Of a stretch of 64,000 nt of DNA, positions 8,840 through 18,824 are shown piece after piece (within the stretch, counting starts at the first letter, position 1; each line of letters opens with the position of its first letter). The stretch spans positions 96,001 to 160,000 of IMG/VR virus record IMGVR_UViG_3300010965_000002; one strand, given 5' to 3'. Both the position numbers and the translations under genes were made by a program. This DNA is from a virus. The notes under the pieces were generated by a model that was not told the origin of the DNA, did no database searches, and saw only the letters and a list, made by a program, of their open reading frames with translations.

Positions 8840-9415
8840 ATGACCTCATTGGTAAAAAACTATGTGCATCGTAAATTCGATGTGCCTGCCGAACGCAGCC
8901 TGGCTGTGCTTAACGAATGGAACGATGTTCATAAAGAGGCGTTCTACAGCATTGACACCTCCCGTGAACGCATGAGTCCGGCTCTGTCGAAAACACGTAC
9001 CTACCATCTGCGCCGCCCTTCTGTGCCAAAAGGCTTTATCAAACAGACTACCAGTGCGCAAAACGTGCTGGACTGTGAGGACACACCACTGTACGACACG
9101 TTCCCAGTAATGCGTGCATTTGTTAACTGGGTCGGCCAAGAGTTTTACGGTGGCTGGACGACAGTAGGCCGCGTGTTCGTTACGCGCCTCGATGCAAGCT
9201 CAAACATCGGTAAGCACATTGACGAAGGTAAATACTTCGAGACTTTGCATCGTCATCACTTTGTCCTGATTTCACAGTTGGCACATTTTTGTTGGGAAGA
9301 TGATGTGCAAGTTCAACTCCAACGAGGTGAACTGTGGGCCGTGAACAATTCCATTCCACACTGGGTGACTAACAGCGGTGCGCCCAGAACGCATATCATC
9401 TTCGATGCAGCGTAA
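8840..9415 (+). CDS. AspH-family Fe(II)/2OG oxygenase
   Basis: IGKHID..RHHFVL..GELWAVNN..PHWV..RTHIIFD. Confidence 0.88.
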   Translation: MTSLVKNYVHRKFDVPAERSLAVLNEWNDVHKEAFYSIDTSRERMSPALSKTRTYHLRRPSVPKGFIKQTTSAQNVLDCEDTPLYDTFPVMRAFVNWVGQEFYGGWTTVGRVFVTRLDASSNIGKHIDEGKYFETLHRHHFVLISQLAHFCWEDDVQVQLQRGELWAVNNSIPHWVTNSGAPRTHIIFDAA

Positions 9416-9429
9416 TCAAAGGTACTACG

Positions 9430-10317
9430 ATGGATTACTTAACCAAAACAAACTGGGGTGGACGCGCGACGGTCACTGCTAAAGAGCTTCTGTCAAATCC
9501 TGAGGAATGGCGCAACAACCTGTACGAGCGTAAGATGCTTGTACTCAAAGGTTTGGCCGACTTGTCGCAAGAGGAGTTCTGGCAGTTGCACACCATCTGG
9601 GGTACCCCTTGGAATGACAAAGAGTACACAACAAGTACAGAGAAATTCCAAGACATAGGCGGTGGCAAATTCATTACGTCCTATGGCAACAAGATAACCG
9701 AAAAGAGCATCGGCAATCGGCAAATGCCTTGGCACCGTGACATCCCTTGGCACCGTGAAAAGCGTTACCCAATCCGTACTCTATATCCAGTGCGTATGAC
9801 ATTGGGTGCAGGTGCTACTGGCACACGGTTCTGTGATTGCGATGTACTGCTGGACAGACTGAGTCCTGACAATAAGGAACTGCTGCTCCAAACTGAGGTG
9901 GAAATCCACAGTTGGTATCAACTACAGTACGGAGTGAAACAACCGCAGCGTAAGTGGATTCCTTTAGTGGAGCAGCACCCAGAGACTAAGCGTACCAGCG
10001 TGCTGCTGAATTCGTTTGGTCCTTACGTGCAAGGTCTTGAACACAGCACTGCTATAACGGGTACGTGGATTCTGAATGCACGTCTCCAGGACAAAAATGT
10101 GATGCCTAATCCGTTGGCATGGATTAACCACTTGCATAACCTGGCTGTGACTGATGACAACTGCTACACGCACAACTGGGAGATGGGCGATCTAGTTTTG
10201 TTTGACAACTACTCAGGTATTTTCCACAGTCGTGACAGAATCGTTGCACAGCCTGATGCGGAACGTTTGTTTTGGCGTATGAACATACGTCATAACTGGC
10301 AAGCAGAGACAAAATGA
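9430..10317 (+). CDS. TauD/TfdA-family Fe(II)/2OG dioxygenase
   Basis: WHRD, TRFCD, HNWEMGDLVLFDN..FHSR, RLFWR. Confidence 0.9.
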   Translation: MDYLTKTNWGGRATVTAKELLSNPEEWRNNLYERKMLVLKGLADLSQEEFWQLHTIWGTPWNDKEYTTSTEKFQDIGGGKFITSYGNKITEKSIGNRQMPWHRDIPWHREKRYPIRTLYPVRMTLGAGATGTRFCDCDVLLDRLSPDNKELLLQTEVEIHSWYQLQYGVKQPQRKWIPLVEQHPETKRTSVLLNSFGPYVQGLEHSTAITGTWILNARLQDKNVMPNPLAWINHLHNLAVTDDNCYTHNWEMGDLVLFDNYSGIFHSRDRIVAQPDAERLFWRMNIRHNWQAETK

Positions 10318-10853
10318 ACTACCCATTTCTGATTAAGCACCTAGGCTTTGTACCTAGTTCAATGTTCAAAGCATTACGTGAGTATTGCTTGGCACAACCT
10401 CTTTACTCACGTAACGACACCAACTTTGATTTGACTCGACACTCAGGCATAAGCGGTATTCTTGGAGAGAAGCGCACTGCACCTGCAGCTATACAAGCGG
10501 TGCTTGATCTGCCTGAGCTTGCTTGGGCAAAACACGCGGTGTTTGAAGATCACCAAGTAAACCTGTTCAAGTCAGGCGGTCACGTTCAGATGCACGTAGA
10601 TCAGACAGCAAATGGTGGGCGTGTCTTTCTTCGCCAGAAAGTGCATGTACCTATCGCTGGCACAGAAGGTGTAGAGTATGTTTTTGAACACAATGGGGAG
10701 CGTAAAGTCTTCAAGATGGAATTGGGTGGCTTGTATGTGTTCAATGACTGCGTTCCTCATGCTCTTGCACATACAGGTGCAGAGGACCGTGTCCAATTGC
10801 TGCTGCATTGGCAAGACGTTATGCTGTACGCCCGTGACTCACTTCTGAGGTAA
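10314..10853 (+). CDS. AspH-like oxygenase, MxYPF paralog 1
   Basis: MNYPF start; HVD, KVHVPI, GGLYVFND..PHA, RVQLL. Confidence 0.85.
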   Translation: MNYPFLIKHLGFVPSSMFKALREYCLAQPLYSRNDTNFDLTRHSGISGILGEKRTAPAAIQAVLDLPELAWAKHAVFEDHQVNLFKSGGHVQMHVDQTANGGRVFLRQKVHVPIAGTEGVEYVFEHNGERKVFKMELGGLYVFNDCVPHALAHTGAEDRVQLLLHWQDVMLYARDSLLR

Positions 10854-10855
10854 AT

Positions 10856-12439
10856 ATGACTAAAGGCTTTGATGTCGTTTTAATAACAGACTGTAGCTCA
10901 CAAGGTGGTGCAGTTTGGGGCCGGAGTGCTGGTGCTTATAGACTGGCAACTGAACTACGTAAGCAGGGGCTCACTGTTCAGGTGATTGACTGGTTTAACC
11001 ACATAATCATCGAACAGGGTCTGCTACTGCTTTTGCTCAAACGTTTTATTGGCGACAACACTCTGTTCCTAGGTTTCAGTTCTACCTTCATGAACAGTGC
11101 GTTGTACGCAAGCCGCAATCATCCTTGGTCAGACTCAGTGCTGACCGTCGGTGATGACCAGGGCTTTAATCGCAAATTTGCTTGGGGTACAACCATCTAT
11201 GGAATACCTCCAGGCATCTTGGCTAAACTGCGTGAACTGCTGAAAGAGAATTGGCCTAAGCTGCCAATCGTTACTGGTGGTAGCCGCACACAGGAGACTG
11301 ACCCTTTTCCAGACGTGATCTGTGTAGGCTATGGTGAGCGCCATATGCTTGATTATGTCAAGTGGTTACAAGGCAAGCATCCTTTCTTCATGACACGCAA
11401 AACGCCTGCTGGTCAAATGGTCTTAGACTATGACACTAAAGGCGATGGCTTCGATTTCATTAACAGCGAGATTGAATGGGTGCCTGGTGACTGCGTTCAA
11501 CCTGGAGAAGCACTACCGATTGAGATAAGTCGAGGTTGTATCTTCCGGTGTAAATTCTGCTCCTTTCCGTTGAATGGCAAGAGTAAGAACGACTACATGA
11601 AGAATCGGGACAAGTTAGTAGCAGAGCTAACGCGCAACTACGAGCAGTTTGGGACGACCCGTTATATCTTCTCAGACGACACCTACAACGACACACAAGA
11701 AAAGGTAGAGTTCGTTTATGAAGTGTCGCAGCAACTCCCATTCAAGTTGGAGTATGCCACGTACATCAGGCTTGATCTGTTGGCTGCTAACAAAGATCGA
11801 CGCCAGGCTGAGTTGTTAAAAGCCAGCGGTTTGAAAATTGCCTTCTTTGGTATTGAGTCCTTGAACAGAAAAGCGGCTGCTTCTATTGGCAAAGGCATGG
11901 ACACTGAGAAATTGGTTGATACCCTGCAGTGGTTGCGTGATGATGTGTGGAAGCATGATGTCATCACAACGGGTGGTTTCATGTTGGGCTTACCACACGA
12001 CACCTACGAAACAATGAATGCGTGGTTAGAACGTATTAGCAACCCTAACTTTCCGCTACACACTTTCAATCTTTCACCTATTGGTATTGCCAATAAAAAG
12101 ATGGTGCAACGGGCGTTCTACTCGGAGATTGAAAACGAGCCTGAGAAATATGGCTATGTACTCAGTGAAGAACGTCTGGAATACTGGGACAACCCACGAT
12201 TCGGCACCACGTTTGAAGGATGCAATGAGTTGGCGACCAAAGTACATGATTATGCAAAACAAACAGGTCGGCTGTGCATGAGTACCCACATGATGGTGTC
12301 AACTATTGGTCTAGGCTTTGACTACGACAAGCATCGTGGTCTTGGTATTGAAGGCGTAATGCGTCAAGGTCTGCTACATCGTACCCGCGTTCAGTTCTTA
12401 GACTATTTGAAAGATTTGGTGAACATATGGCCCGAGTAA
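10856..12439 (+). CDS. Cobalamin-binding radical SAM enzyme (class B methylase-like)
   Basis: EISRGCIFRCKFC (CxxxCxxC), FSDDTYN, FFGIESL; N-terminal B12-domain pattern GAYRLATELRKQG. Confidence 0.93.
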   Translation: MTKGFDVVLITDCSSQGGAVWGRSAGAYRLATELRKQGLTVQVIDWFNHIIIEQGLLLLLLKRFIGDNTLFLGFSSTFMNSALYASRNHPWSDSVLTVGDDQGFNRKFAWGTTIYGIPPGILAKLRELLKENWPKLPIVTGGSRTQETDPFPDVICVGYGERHMLDYVKWLQGKHPFFMTRKTPAGQMVLDYDTKGDGFDFINSEIEWVPGDCVQPGEALPIEISRGCIFRCKFCSFPLNGKSKNDYMKNRDKLVAELTRNYEQFGTTRYIFSDDTYNDTQEKVEFVYEVSQQLPFKLEYATYIRLDLLAANKDRRQAELLKASGLKIAFFGIESLNRKAAASIGKGMDTEKLVDTLQWLRDDVWKHDVITTGGFMLGLPHDTYETMNAWLERISNPNFPLHTFNLSPIGIANKKMVQRAFYSEIENEPEKYGYVLSEERLEYWDNPRFGTTFEGCNELATKVHDYAKQTGRLCMSTHMMVSTIGLGFDYDKHRGLGIEGVMRQGLLHRTRVQFLDYLKDLVNIWPE

Positions 12440-12981
12440 TAGGCAATTTCAAATTCGAGCATCCTCAGTGGGTGGAATTCATCACACGGAGCCGCAACGA
12501 AATCCCCAAGCAAAAGTTCTTCAACCAAATGCGCTGGTATGCGGGTGCTACCAACGTAAACTTTGGTGTTGGTCAATTGTCCGAGGAATTCTTGCTTCGT
12601 GATTGGGTAGCTGTGATGCGCGACCGTATTGTGGCTCTAACCGCAGAGCCTGATTGGGATGTAATTCGTGAGTCCACATATTGTGCTTGCGGAATAGGTG
12701 CAAAAAACATCCCATTCAAAGCATCCAACTATCTTGACGCTATAACACGCAGGTACCATTACGTTGTGAGTGGTCAAGGCCAGTTCAGATCAGAGGCTCA
12801 GATTGTCGGCTATCAAGCAGGCGATGTGTTAGCGTTTGACGCACAAGACTACGACAAGGAGTGGACAAATTCCTATCCGAAGTCAACTGAACAGATGGTA
12901 TTCTGCTTAGGCCATAAAGACAGCAAAGACATACACAACTGGGACCTCTTTGCGCAGTTCCATACTAAAGGAAAGAAATGA
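12427..12981 (+). CDS. Degenerate cupin/AspH-like protein
   Basis: RRYHYVVSG...GDVLAFD resembles the neighbouring oxygenases, but no HxD...H triad is present. Confidence 0.4.
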   Translation: MARVIGNFKFEHPQWVEFITRSRNEIPKQKFFNQMRWYAGATNVNFGVGQLSEEFLLRDWVAVMRDRIVALTAEPDWDVIRESTYCACGIGAKNIPFKASNYLDAITRRYHYVVSGQGQFRSEAQIVGYQAGDVLAFDAQDYDKEWTNSYPKSTEQMVFCLGHKDSKDIHNWDLFAQFHTKGKK

Positions 12982-13616
12982 CAACGCAGCTTACAGACAG
13001 ACTGGAAGGCGTAACTGTGCCGATTCCAGGTATTACCGTGGACGTACCCAGACTACGCAAAGTAGTGGATGACTTGGTGGAAGGCTTGATGCAAGCATCA
13101 GAGCAAACGTTTGATACGTGGGTAAGAACGGCCACAGGCAAGCAAGCTATCAATCTGACCTACCACCGTAGAATCACTGGTATTGACAGATTCCTAATGC
13201 TAACGCATGGATACAAAGACCTAAAAGAAGTCCACGAACAAGACGTTTGGGAGCATGACTTCAATGAAATGACAGATGCTATAAAGAGCTCCTACATTGG
13301 TCAGCTTTTTGAGCAGATAGGCGAGTTCCACTTAGCAAAGCATGGTACGCCTATTAAAGGCCGCCATCAGCTTGTGTGGATTGCACCAGGCCAGTGCTAT
13401 GATCTACACAAAGACAAGCATACACCTTATCGCTATCACATTCCAATTCGTACTGAGCCTAATGTGATTTGGTTGTTTCGTCAAGGCGCTGATTTAGACT
13501 TAGTGCATATGCCCGCAGATGGTCGCGTATGGGAACTTGACCCCATAAAGGCCGAACATACTGTGTCAAACTACAGTAACAGCTTGCGGTTACATTTAAT
13601 CATGACGAGTGTGTAA
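12978..13616 (+). CDS. AspH-like Fe(II)/2OG oxygenase
   Basis: YDLHKD..RYHIPI..HMPADGRVW..EHTVSN..RLHLI. Confidence 0.88.
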   Translation: MTTQLTDRLEGVTVPIPGITVDVPRLRKVVDDLVEGLMQASEQTFDTWVRTATGKQAINLTYHRRITGIDRFLMLTHGYKDLKEVHEQDVWEHDFNEMTDAIKSSYIGQLFEQIGEFHLAKHGTPIKGRHQLVWIAPGQCYDLHKDKHTPYRYHIPIRTEPNVIWLFRQGADLDLVHMPADGRVWELDPIKAEHTVSNYSNSLRLHLIMTSV

Positions 13617-14252
13617 ATGGACTATCCTTTTTTCTTCAAACAAATAGCGTCGATTCCAAAAAGTCTGGTTGAGGCATATGTAGCCAGTATCAAGCCCGAA
13701 GACTATGGACAGTCTCCATACTTTAAGGACGACTTGACACAAGGCGTGAGCCAAATAGCTACGCACAACAGCGGCAATAGCTTCATAAGGGACATGCTCT
13801 GGCCTACTATTGCCACCACGTTTCCACGCATAGGTCAAGTGAAATGGTACGAAGTCAACGTGATTCAACCGGGTGGCATTCTGAAGGAACACGCTGATTT
13901 TGAATCACGCTCTTTTGACACGTTTATCGGTGAACCTACCGACCCGTACAAGGCGTTAGAAGTGGTGCTTTGCCACAAAGTCCACATACATCTTCAAGGC
14001 GATAGCACGCTTATGTTTAGACGTAGCCGTAAGGACGTCTTTGCTGAGTTCAAACCTGAAGTTGGCGGGGTGTATCTGTTCAACAACTACGTATTGCATA
14101 AGAGCGTTTGTCCTAGCGCCTCAAGTGTTCCACGTATTGCGATGACTGTTGTGGTGAAAGACGAAGGTTGGCAAGCAAAACGTGCTATCCTGAATCGCTT
14201 TAGTTATCAGCATTTCAACGCCTATGATGGCTTGAACACAGGCAAGGAATGA
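13617..14252 (+). CDS. AspH-like oxygenase, MxYPF paralog 2
   Basis: MDYPF start; EHAD, HKVHIHL, GGVYLFNN.VLHKS, RIAM. Confidence 0.85.
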   Translation: MDYPFFFKQIASIPKSLVEAYVASIKPEDYGQSPYFKDDLTQGVSQIATHNSGNSFIRDMLWPTIATTFPRIGQVKWYEVNVIQPGGILKEHADFESRSFDTFIGEPTDPYKALEVVLCHKVHIHLQGDSTLMFRRSRKDVFAEFKPEVGGVYLFNNYVLHKSVCPSASSVPRIAMTVVVKDEGWQAKRAILNRFSYQHFNAYDGLNTGKE

Positions 14253-14845
14253 ATATGGAGACTAACACTCTTATAGCGTCAGTTGACGGAGGCATTGGTT
14301 CTGCCCTGCAACGTGCTACTGGCGGTGATGGCACTTCGCGTGAGAGCAAAGGTCAATACTACTTGGACATTCTCAAGGACCATACATTTCCGGTTACGCG
14401 CCGATATGATCGCCTGTGGTTTACTATAGGTATCAATAGTAAGCCGCCTCTTGACCGGCTAAACGTGTTTCGTACCAATGCTATCAAAGCCTATGACTTC
14501 TTGAACTGGGCTGGTGAACATCTGTTGAATCCTGGTGCGCGTGTTATGGTGATAACGTCACAGTGGGGCAGTATCGCAGAAGTCAATTCAGCGCGTGATT
14601 ACCCCTATCGCATGAGCAAAGCGGCGCTGAACATGGGTGTTGCTATTCTTCAAGAGAAGTATCAGCAGCATACATGGATGTGTATGCACCCTGGTCTGGT
14701 TGTGACAAAACTTACCACAGGCATCGAGTTTCCAGACCCCAATAGAATCACGCCTGAAGTCAGTGTTGCAGGCATGTTGCAGGTTTCTGAATCAGTATCA
14801 TCTTTCGGCTTCTACTCGTACACAGGCCGGACAATTCCTTGGTGA
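14249..14845 (+). CDS. Short-chain dehydrogenase/reductase (CsgA-like) #2
   Basis: YRMSKAALNMGVA, TSQWGSI, HPGLVVT; paralog of 6856. Confidence 0.85.
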   Translation: MNMETNTLIASVDGGIGSALQRATGGDGTSRESKGQYYLDILKDHTFPVTRRYDRLWFTIGINSKPPLDRLNVFRTNAIKAYDFLNWAGEHLLNPGARVMVITSQWGSIAEVNSARDYPYRMSKAALNMGVAILQEKYQQHTWMCMHPGLVVTKLTTGIEFPDPNRITPEVSVAGMLQVSESVSSFGFYSYTGRTIPW

Positions 14846-14849
14846 CATT

Positions 14850-15440
14850 ATGGACTATCCTTTCTACATTCGACAAATCGGCAGTATCAGACCTGAACTG
14901 CTGCAACAACTTCAACAGGCGTATCTATCTCATACCAAGTTTGCACTAGCACCTGGGTTCACACCACAGTTCGGTTTACAACAGCCTGTTGACTTTGACT
15001 TAGGTCCACTGCAAGCCGAAGTGCTAGCTGACCTTTCACGTTGGTTTGCACCAGCTACGTGCGTACAACTAAAGTACAACGTGATGCCTCCTGGCAAAGG
15101 ACTTGGTGAACACAGTGACTTGGATGGTTATGGAGACAACGACTACACGATGTATTCGTGCTTTGCGCATCACCGCGTACACATCCCGCTGATAACAAAT
15201 CCCGGTGTGGAATTTTGGCATCGCCGTACAAGAGCCTTAGCTAGTGAGCGTCAGGCAACACCACAAGTGGGCGGAGTGTACTTGTACAACGACTATGTTC
15301 TACACAGCGTACAAAACAAAGGGTCTGAAAACCGCGTGCATCTGGTTCTGAAATTTGCAGACCCGAAGCATGTGGTTAAACGTCAGTTACTCATTCAACA
15401 GCAAATCAAAATAGGCGAATACTATGAATGCGTCAAGTAA
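14850..15440 (+). CDS. AspH-like oxygenase, MxYPF paralog 3
   Basis: ATG 14850 (MDYPF); EHSD, HRVHIPL, GGVYLYND.VLHSV, RVHLV. Confidence 0.85.
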   Translation: MDYPFYIRQIGSIRPELLQQLQQAYLSHTKFALAPGFTPQFGLQQPVDFDLGPLQAEVLADLSRWFAPATCVQLKYNVMPPGKGLGEHSDLDGYGDNDYTMYSCFAHHRVHIPLITNPGVEFWHRRTRALASERQATPQVGGVYLYNDYVLHSVQNKGSENRVHLVLKFADPKHVVKRQLLIQQQIKIGEYYECVK

Positions 15441-16029
15441 GGTCTTCATCATAGGCTGCAAGTCCGGTTTTGGCAAGGAGCTTCTGGCGCATTGCCAAAC
15501 AGAATGCCTCGCACAAGGCGTATCCCGTGAAGACTTCAATCTCTTTGATCTTGCCAGCGTAAAACGCCTAGGTGAACGCATCATTGGAGAACTACCTGAC
15601 GTTGTGGTTTTTAATTCTTATGCGCGAACGGTAGACAAAGAGCATGTGGCCTATGCGCAGTTAGAAGCCCTAAAAGTTCTGTGGCCTATGCTAAAGCCTC
15701 TTGATTTGACTGTGGTTGTGGTAGGCTCAGCTATAGCGTGGGAACAACCAAACGGAGGCAACGCTACGCTGCTGTATCAACGAAGCAAGAAAGATTTGGC
15801 TGCCTATTGTCTAAAGAATGGTTGGTTGGACATCACCAATCCTCAACACAAGGCACGCATGGTGTTGTTTGAACCCGCTACGATGACCAATCGACCGGAA
15901 TACGCCAAAGCACGACGCACTCCTCTGTTAAGCGTTGAAAGCAGTTGGGCATTGATGCGAGGTGCAATAGCCAGCAAGCTACCGTTTGTACGTGTTGGTG
16001 CTCAAGGAGGAACGCATGTTGTTATCTAA
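15424..16029 (+). CDS. Atypical SDR #3
   Basis: FIIGCKSGFG Rossmann loop, VVVVGSA, YQRSK. Confidence 0.65.
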   Translation: MNASSKVFIIGCKSGFGKELLAHCQTECLAQGVSREDFNLFDLASVKRLGERIIGELPDVVVFNSYARTVDKEHVAYAQLEALKVLWPMLKPLDLTVVVVGSAIAWEQPNGGNATLLYQRSKKDLAAYCLKNGWLDITNPQHKARMVLFEPATMTNRPEYAKARRTPLLSVESSWALMRGAIASKLPFVRVGAQGGTHVVI

Positions 16030-16837
16030 CAAGACGGCTGTTATCACAGGCTGCGGTGTTACAGCTACTGGCGCAGGACTTGGCGCACAATACGCGCTGG
16101 CGCTTGCAAGAGAAGGCGCGAACGTTGTTCTGACCGACGTTGACATGAAACGGTTGGAGCCTACGATTGAACAGTTCAAGCGCGAAGGCTTAGGCTATAG
16201 ATATATCGTGCTTGATCTGCTAGAAGCCTCTGGTGCTAAAGACCTAATGGCATTTGCGTATAGGGTCTTTGGTTCTGTTGACATCCTTGTGAACAATGCA
16301 GGCGTCGTACCAAACACGCTGAGGGAGACTAAAGCCAAGTTTGATATGTATCAACGCCGACGCACAGGCGTAGCCACTCAACCTTTGTCGTTGCTTGACA
16401 TAACAGACAACGAGTGGAATAGTTTTTGGGAACTTAACGTTCATGCGTCCTTTCGTTGTCTAAGGGCTGCGTGTAACTACATGGCAGAACAGAAAAGCGG
16501 CAGGATTATCAACATCGCTAGCGTGTCAGCCTTCAGCAACAGCGGTGGCTTTAGTCCAGGTTACGCTGCCAGCAAGGCAGCCGTCCACTCGTTAACGATT
16601 AGCGTAGCAGAAGAATGTGCAAGGCACGGCATTCTGGTTAATACCTTTGCGCCTAGTGGTGTCATAGACACGACTTGGTTGAACAAGCCGCTTGCCGAAC
16701 GTGAACGCTTAGAAAGTAGCATACCTATTGGTCGTCAAGCGACCTACGAGGACTACACCAAAGTAATCGTTATGCTTTCAGGCACGCACTATTTTGTTGG
16801 TCAACTTATTTCTCCTAATGGAGGCTTGGTAACATAA
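16016..16837 (+). CDS. Classical SDR (FabG-like) #4
   Basis: AAGGAGG RBS; TAVITG..GAGLG, DILVNNAG, GRIINIAS, YAASK, PIGR. Confidence 0.92.
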   Translation: MLLSNKTAVITGCGVTATGAGLGAQYALALAREGANVVLTDVDMKRLEPTIEQFKREGLGYRYIVLDLLEASGAKDLMAFAYRVFGSVDILVNNAGVVPNTLRETKAKFDMYQRRRTGVATQPLSLLDITDNEWNSFWELNVHASFRCLRAACNYMAEQKSGRIINIASVSAFSNSGGFSPGYAASKAAVHSLTISVAEECARHGILVNTFAPSGVIDTTWLNKPLAERERLESSIPIGRQATYEDYTKVIVMLSGTHYFVGQLISPNGGLVT

Positions 16838-17457
16838 TGGACTACCCTTTTCTGGTCGCGCCGATTGCGCGAGTATCTGCTGACTTAGTTGCACGTCTTG
16901 CTGACGCTGCCCAAGAGCTTCAATACGATGCTTTCCCTTCGCTTCAAACTCTGTTGCACACAGACTATCACCCACATACCGAAGCGTTCAAAGCCGCGTG
17001 TATGGAATTGCATCGTCACTTGGGTTTGTTTACTGATGACCAGATCGTAAGGTTTACCGTAACCAAACTTCGTCCTGGCCACGTTGCCGCAGAACACAGT
17101 GATTTCTACGTTCAGAAAGGCGCGCCTAACAACTTAGCGATCATCAATAACCAGCACAAGATTCATGTGCCTTTGATTACCAACCCTTTGGCACATTCGT
17201 TGCATCGGCGCACACAGTTGCTACCACACACTGCGTATCATATGCCTACGGGCTATGCTTATGCGTACAACGATGTAGCCTGGCACAAGATCGTCAACGC
17301 TGGTGCTGAAAACCGCTATCACTTGATTGTGTTTTATAAGGACCCCACGCAAACGGTTAAACGTCGAATAATGGATGCCTTGTCGATTGATTATCACAAC
17401 TTCTACGAAGACCTCAGTTACAAGTACCCATTTGAACATCATGTAGTGCGGGATTAA
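16837..17457 (+). CDS. AspH-like oxygenase, MxYPF paralog 4
   Basis: MDYPF start; EHSD, HKIHVPL, GYAYAYND..WHKI, RYHLI. Confidence 0.85.
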   Translation: MDYPFLVAPIARVSADLVARLADAAQELQYDAFPSLQTLLHTDYHPHTEAFKAACMELHRHLGLFTDDQIVRFTVTKLRPGHVAAEHSDFYVQKGAPNNLAIINNQHKIHVPLITNPLAHSLHRRTQLLPHTAYHMPTGYAYAYNDVAWHKIVNAGAENRYHLIVFYKDPTQTVKRRIMDALSIDYHNFYEDLSYKYPFEHHVVRD

Positions 17458-17514
17458 GCAGATGGGGTCAGCGAATTTTTGCTTAACGGTGGACTTGTTA
17501 TAAAAGGACTCTCA

Positions 17515-18366
17515 ATGGTTAGCTTCGGACAAAGAGCCTTACACTCGTGGGTCGATGTTGTAAATAAACGTACTGGTGGTAGACAACCAAAACTTGCGAC
17601 GCCTAATGAGACAGTAGCGGGCATAGTTGCTCACCAAAGCGTGCGCAGGTTTGAAAAGCGCACGGTTAGCAGGGAACTGCTTGAGCTACTGGTGTTGGCT
17701 GCACAGTCTGCTCCTACGAGTGCTAACCTACAGTGTTGGAGTGTTGTGGTTGTGACCGACCCTAAGCTCAAAGCTAAATTTCTGGTAGCAGGCAACAACA
17801 ACACGACCATAGAGCAAGCGCCTTGTTATATGGTCTGGTTAGCAGACTTGACCCACGTAGCCACCATTTTAGGTGATGACGTAGAGGGCTTAGATCATTT
17901 AGAAACGTTCTTGGTGAGCAGCATAGACGCGGCCCTAGCGGCCCAGTCGTTTTCCATAGCGGCACAGTCTATGGGCTTAGGCACCGTGTTTCATGGTTCT
18001 ATACGGTACAAACCTGAAATTGCTATAGAAGCCTTGTCCTTGCCTAAGCACACGTTTCCAGTATTCGCTATGGCAGTAGGTTGGCCTAGTAAAGAGCTTG
18101 TGGTGCATTGGAATCACCCGGATGAAATAAAACCGCGTATGCCTCAGCATATGGTTCTGCACTATAACAAGTATGAGCCTAGAAAGTTGAGTCAGTTGTT
18201 AGATTATGACAAGGTAGTTGACGACTTCCACAGGGACAATGTAATCTCGCCTGAAATCTATCCAGCATTAAAGCCGTGGAGGTCCAGTGCCGTAGAACGT
18301 TTCACTTTGATGTTGAACAGAAAACTTGAGGCTATGATTAAGACCATGGGCTTTGGAACACTTTGA
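17515..18366 (+). CDS. FMN-dependent nitroreductase (NfsA/Frp-like)
   Basis: HQSVRRF, AQSAPTSANLQCWSVVVV, SIDAALAAQ, GLGTVFHGSIR, KPRMP. Confidence 0.92.
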   Translation: MVSFGQRALHSWVDVVNKRTGGRQPKLATPNETVAGIVAHQSVRRFEKRTVSRELLELLVLAAQSAPTSANLQCWSVVVVTDPKLKAKFLVAGNNNTTIEQAPCYMVWLADLTHVATILGDDVEGLDHLETFLVSSIDAALAAQSFSIAAQSMGLGTVFHGSIRYKPEIAIEALSLPKHTFPVFAMAVGWPSKELVVHWNHPDEIKPRMPQHMVLHYNKYEPRKLSQLLDYDKVVDDFHRDNVISPEIYPALKPWRSSAVERFTLMLNRKLEAMIKTMGFGTL

Positions 18367-18376
18367 AAGCGCAAGC

Positions 18377-18799
18377 ATGAAAATACAAAATGAGTTACTT
18401 GAAGGCAGCGCCGCTTTACCCGCTTTCTTGCGTGCGTATGCCGAACTACTCGACCTCGGTTGGGGGCGACCATTCACAGTCCACAATGAAAAACACAAGG
18501 TGTGTTACGCCAAAAGCGACAGTGGCAACGTTATGGGCGGTATTGTCTACGGAATGAATCCACTGACCAAGCTAGGCTGGATAGTGTTTTCCTTCACCGT
18601 ACCTGAGTTTCGACGGCAAGGCGTTTATACAAGACTCCATAGAGAAGTCGAGTTGTTGATGACCCGTGGAGGTATGACAGACTTGGCTTCACATGTCCAT
18701 GTAGACAATGAGGCTCAGATTAAAAGCTGCGAACGTGTAGGTAAGAAGCCTGAGTATTACCGTATGCACAAGAGTCTGAGGCAAACCGACGAAGCCTAA
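18377..18799 (+). CDS. GNAT acetyltransferase
   Basis: FTVPEFRRQGVY AcCoA motif; HVHVDNEAQ. Confidence 0.85.
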   Translation: MKIQNELLEGSAALPAFLRAYAELLDLGWGRPFTVHNEKHKVCYAKSDSGNVMGGIVYGMNPLTKLGWIVFSFTVPEFRRQGVYTRLHREVELLMTRGGMTDLASHVHVDNEAQIKSCERVGKKPEYYRMHKSLRQTDEA

Positions 18800-18824
18800 C
18801 CAATTTTGATTACTAACGAGGTAT

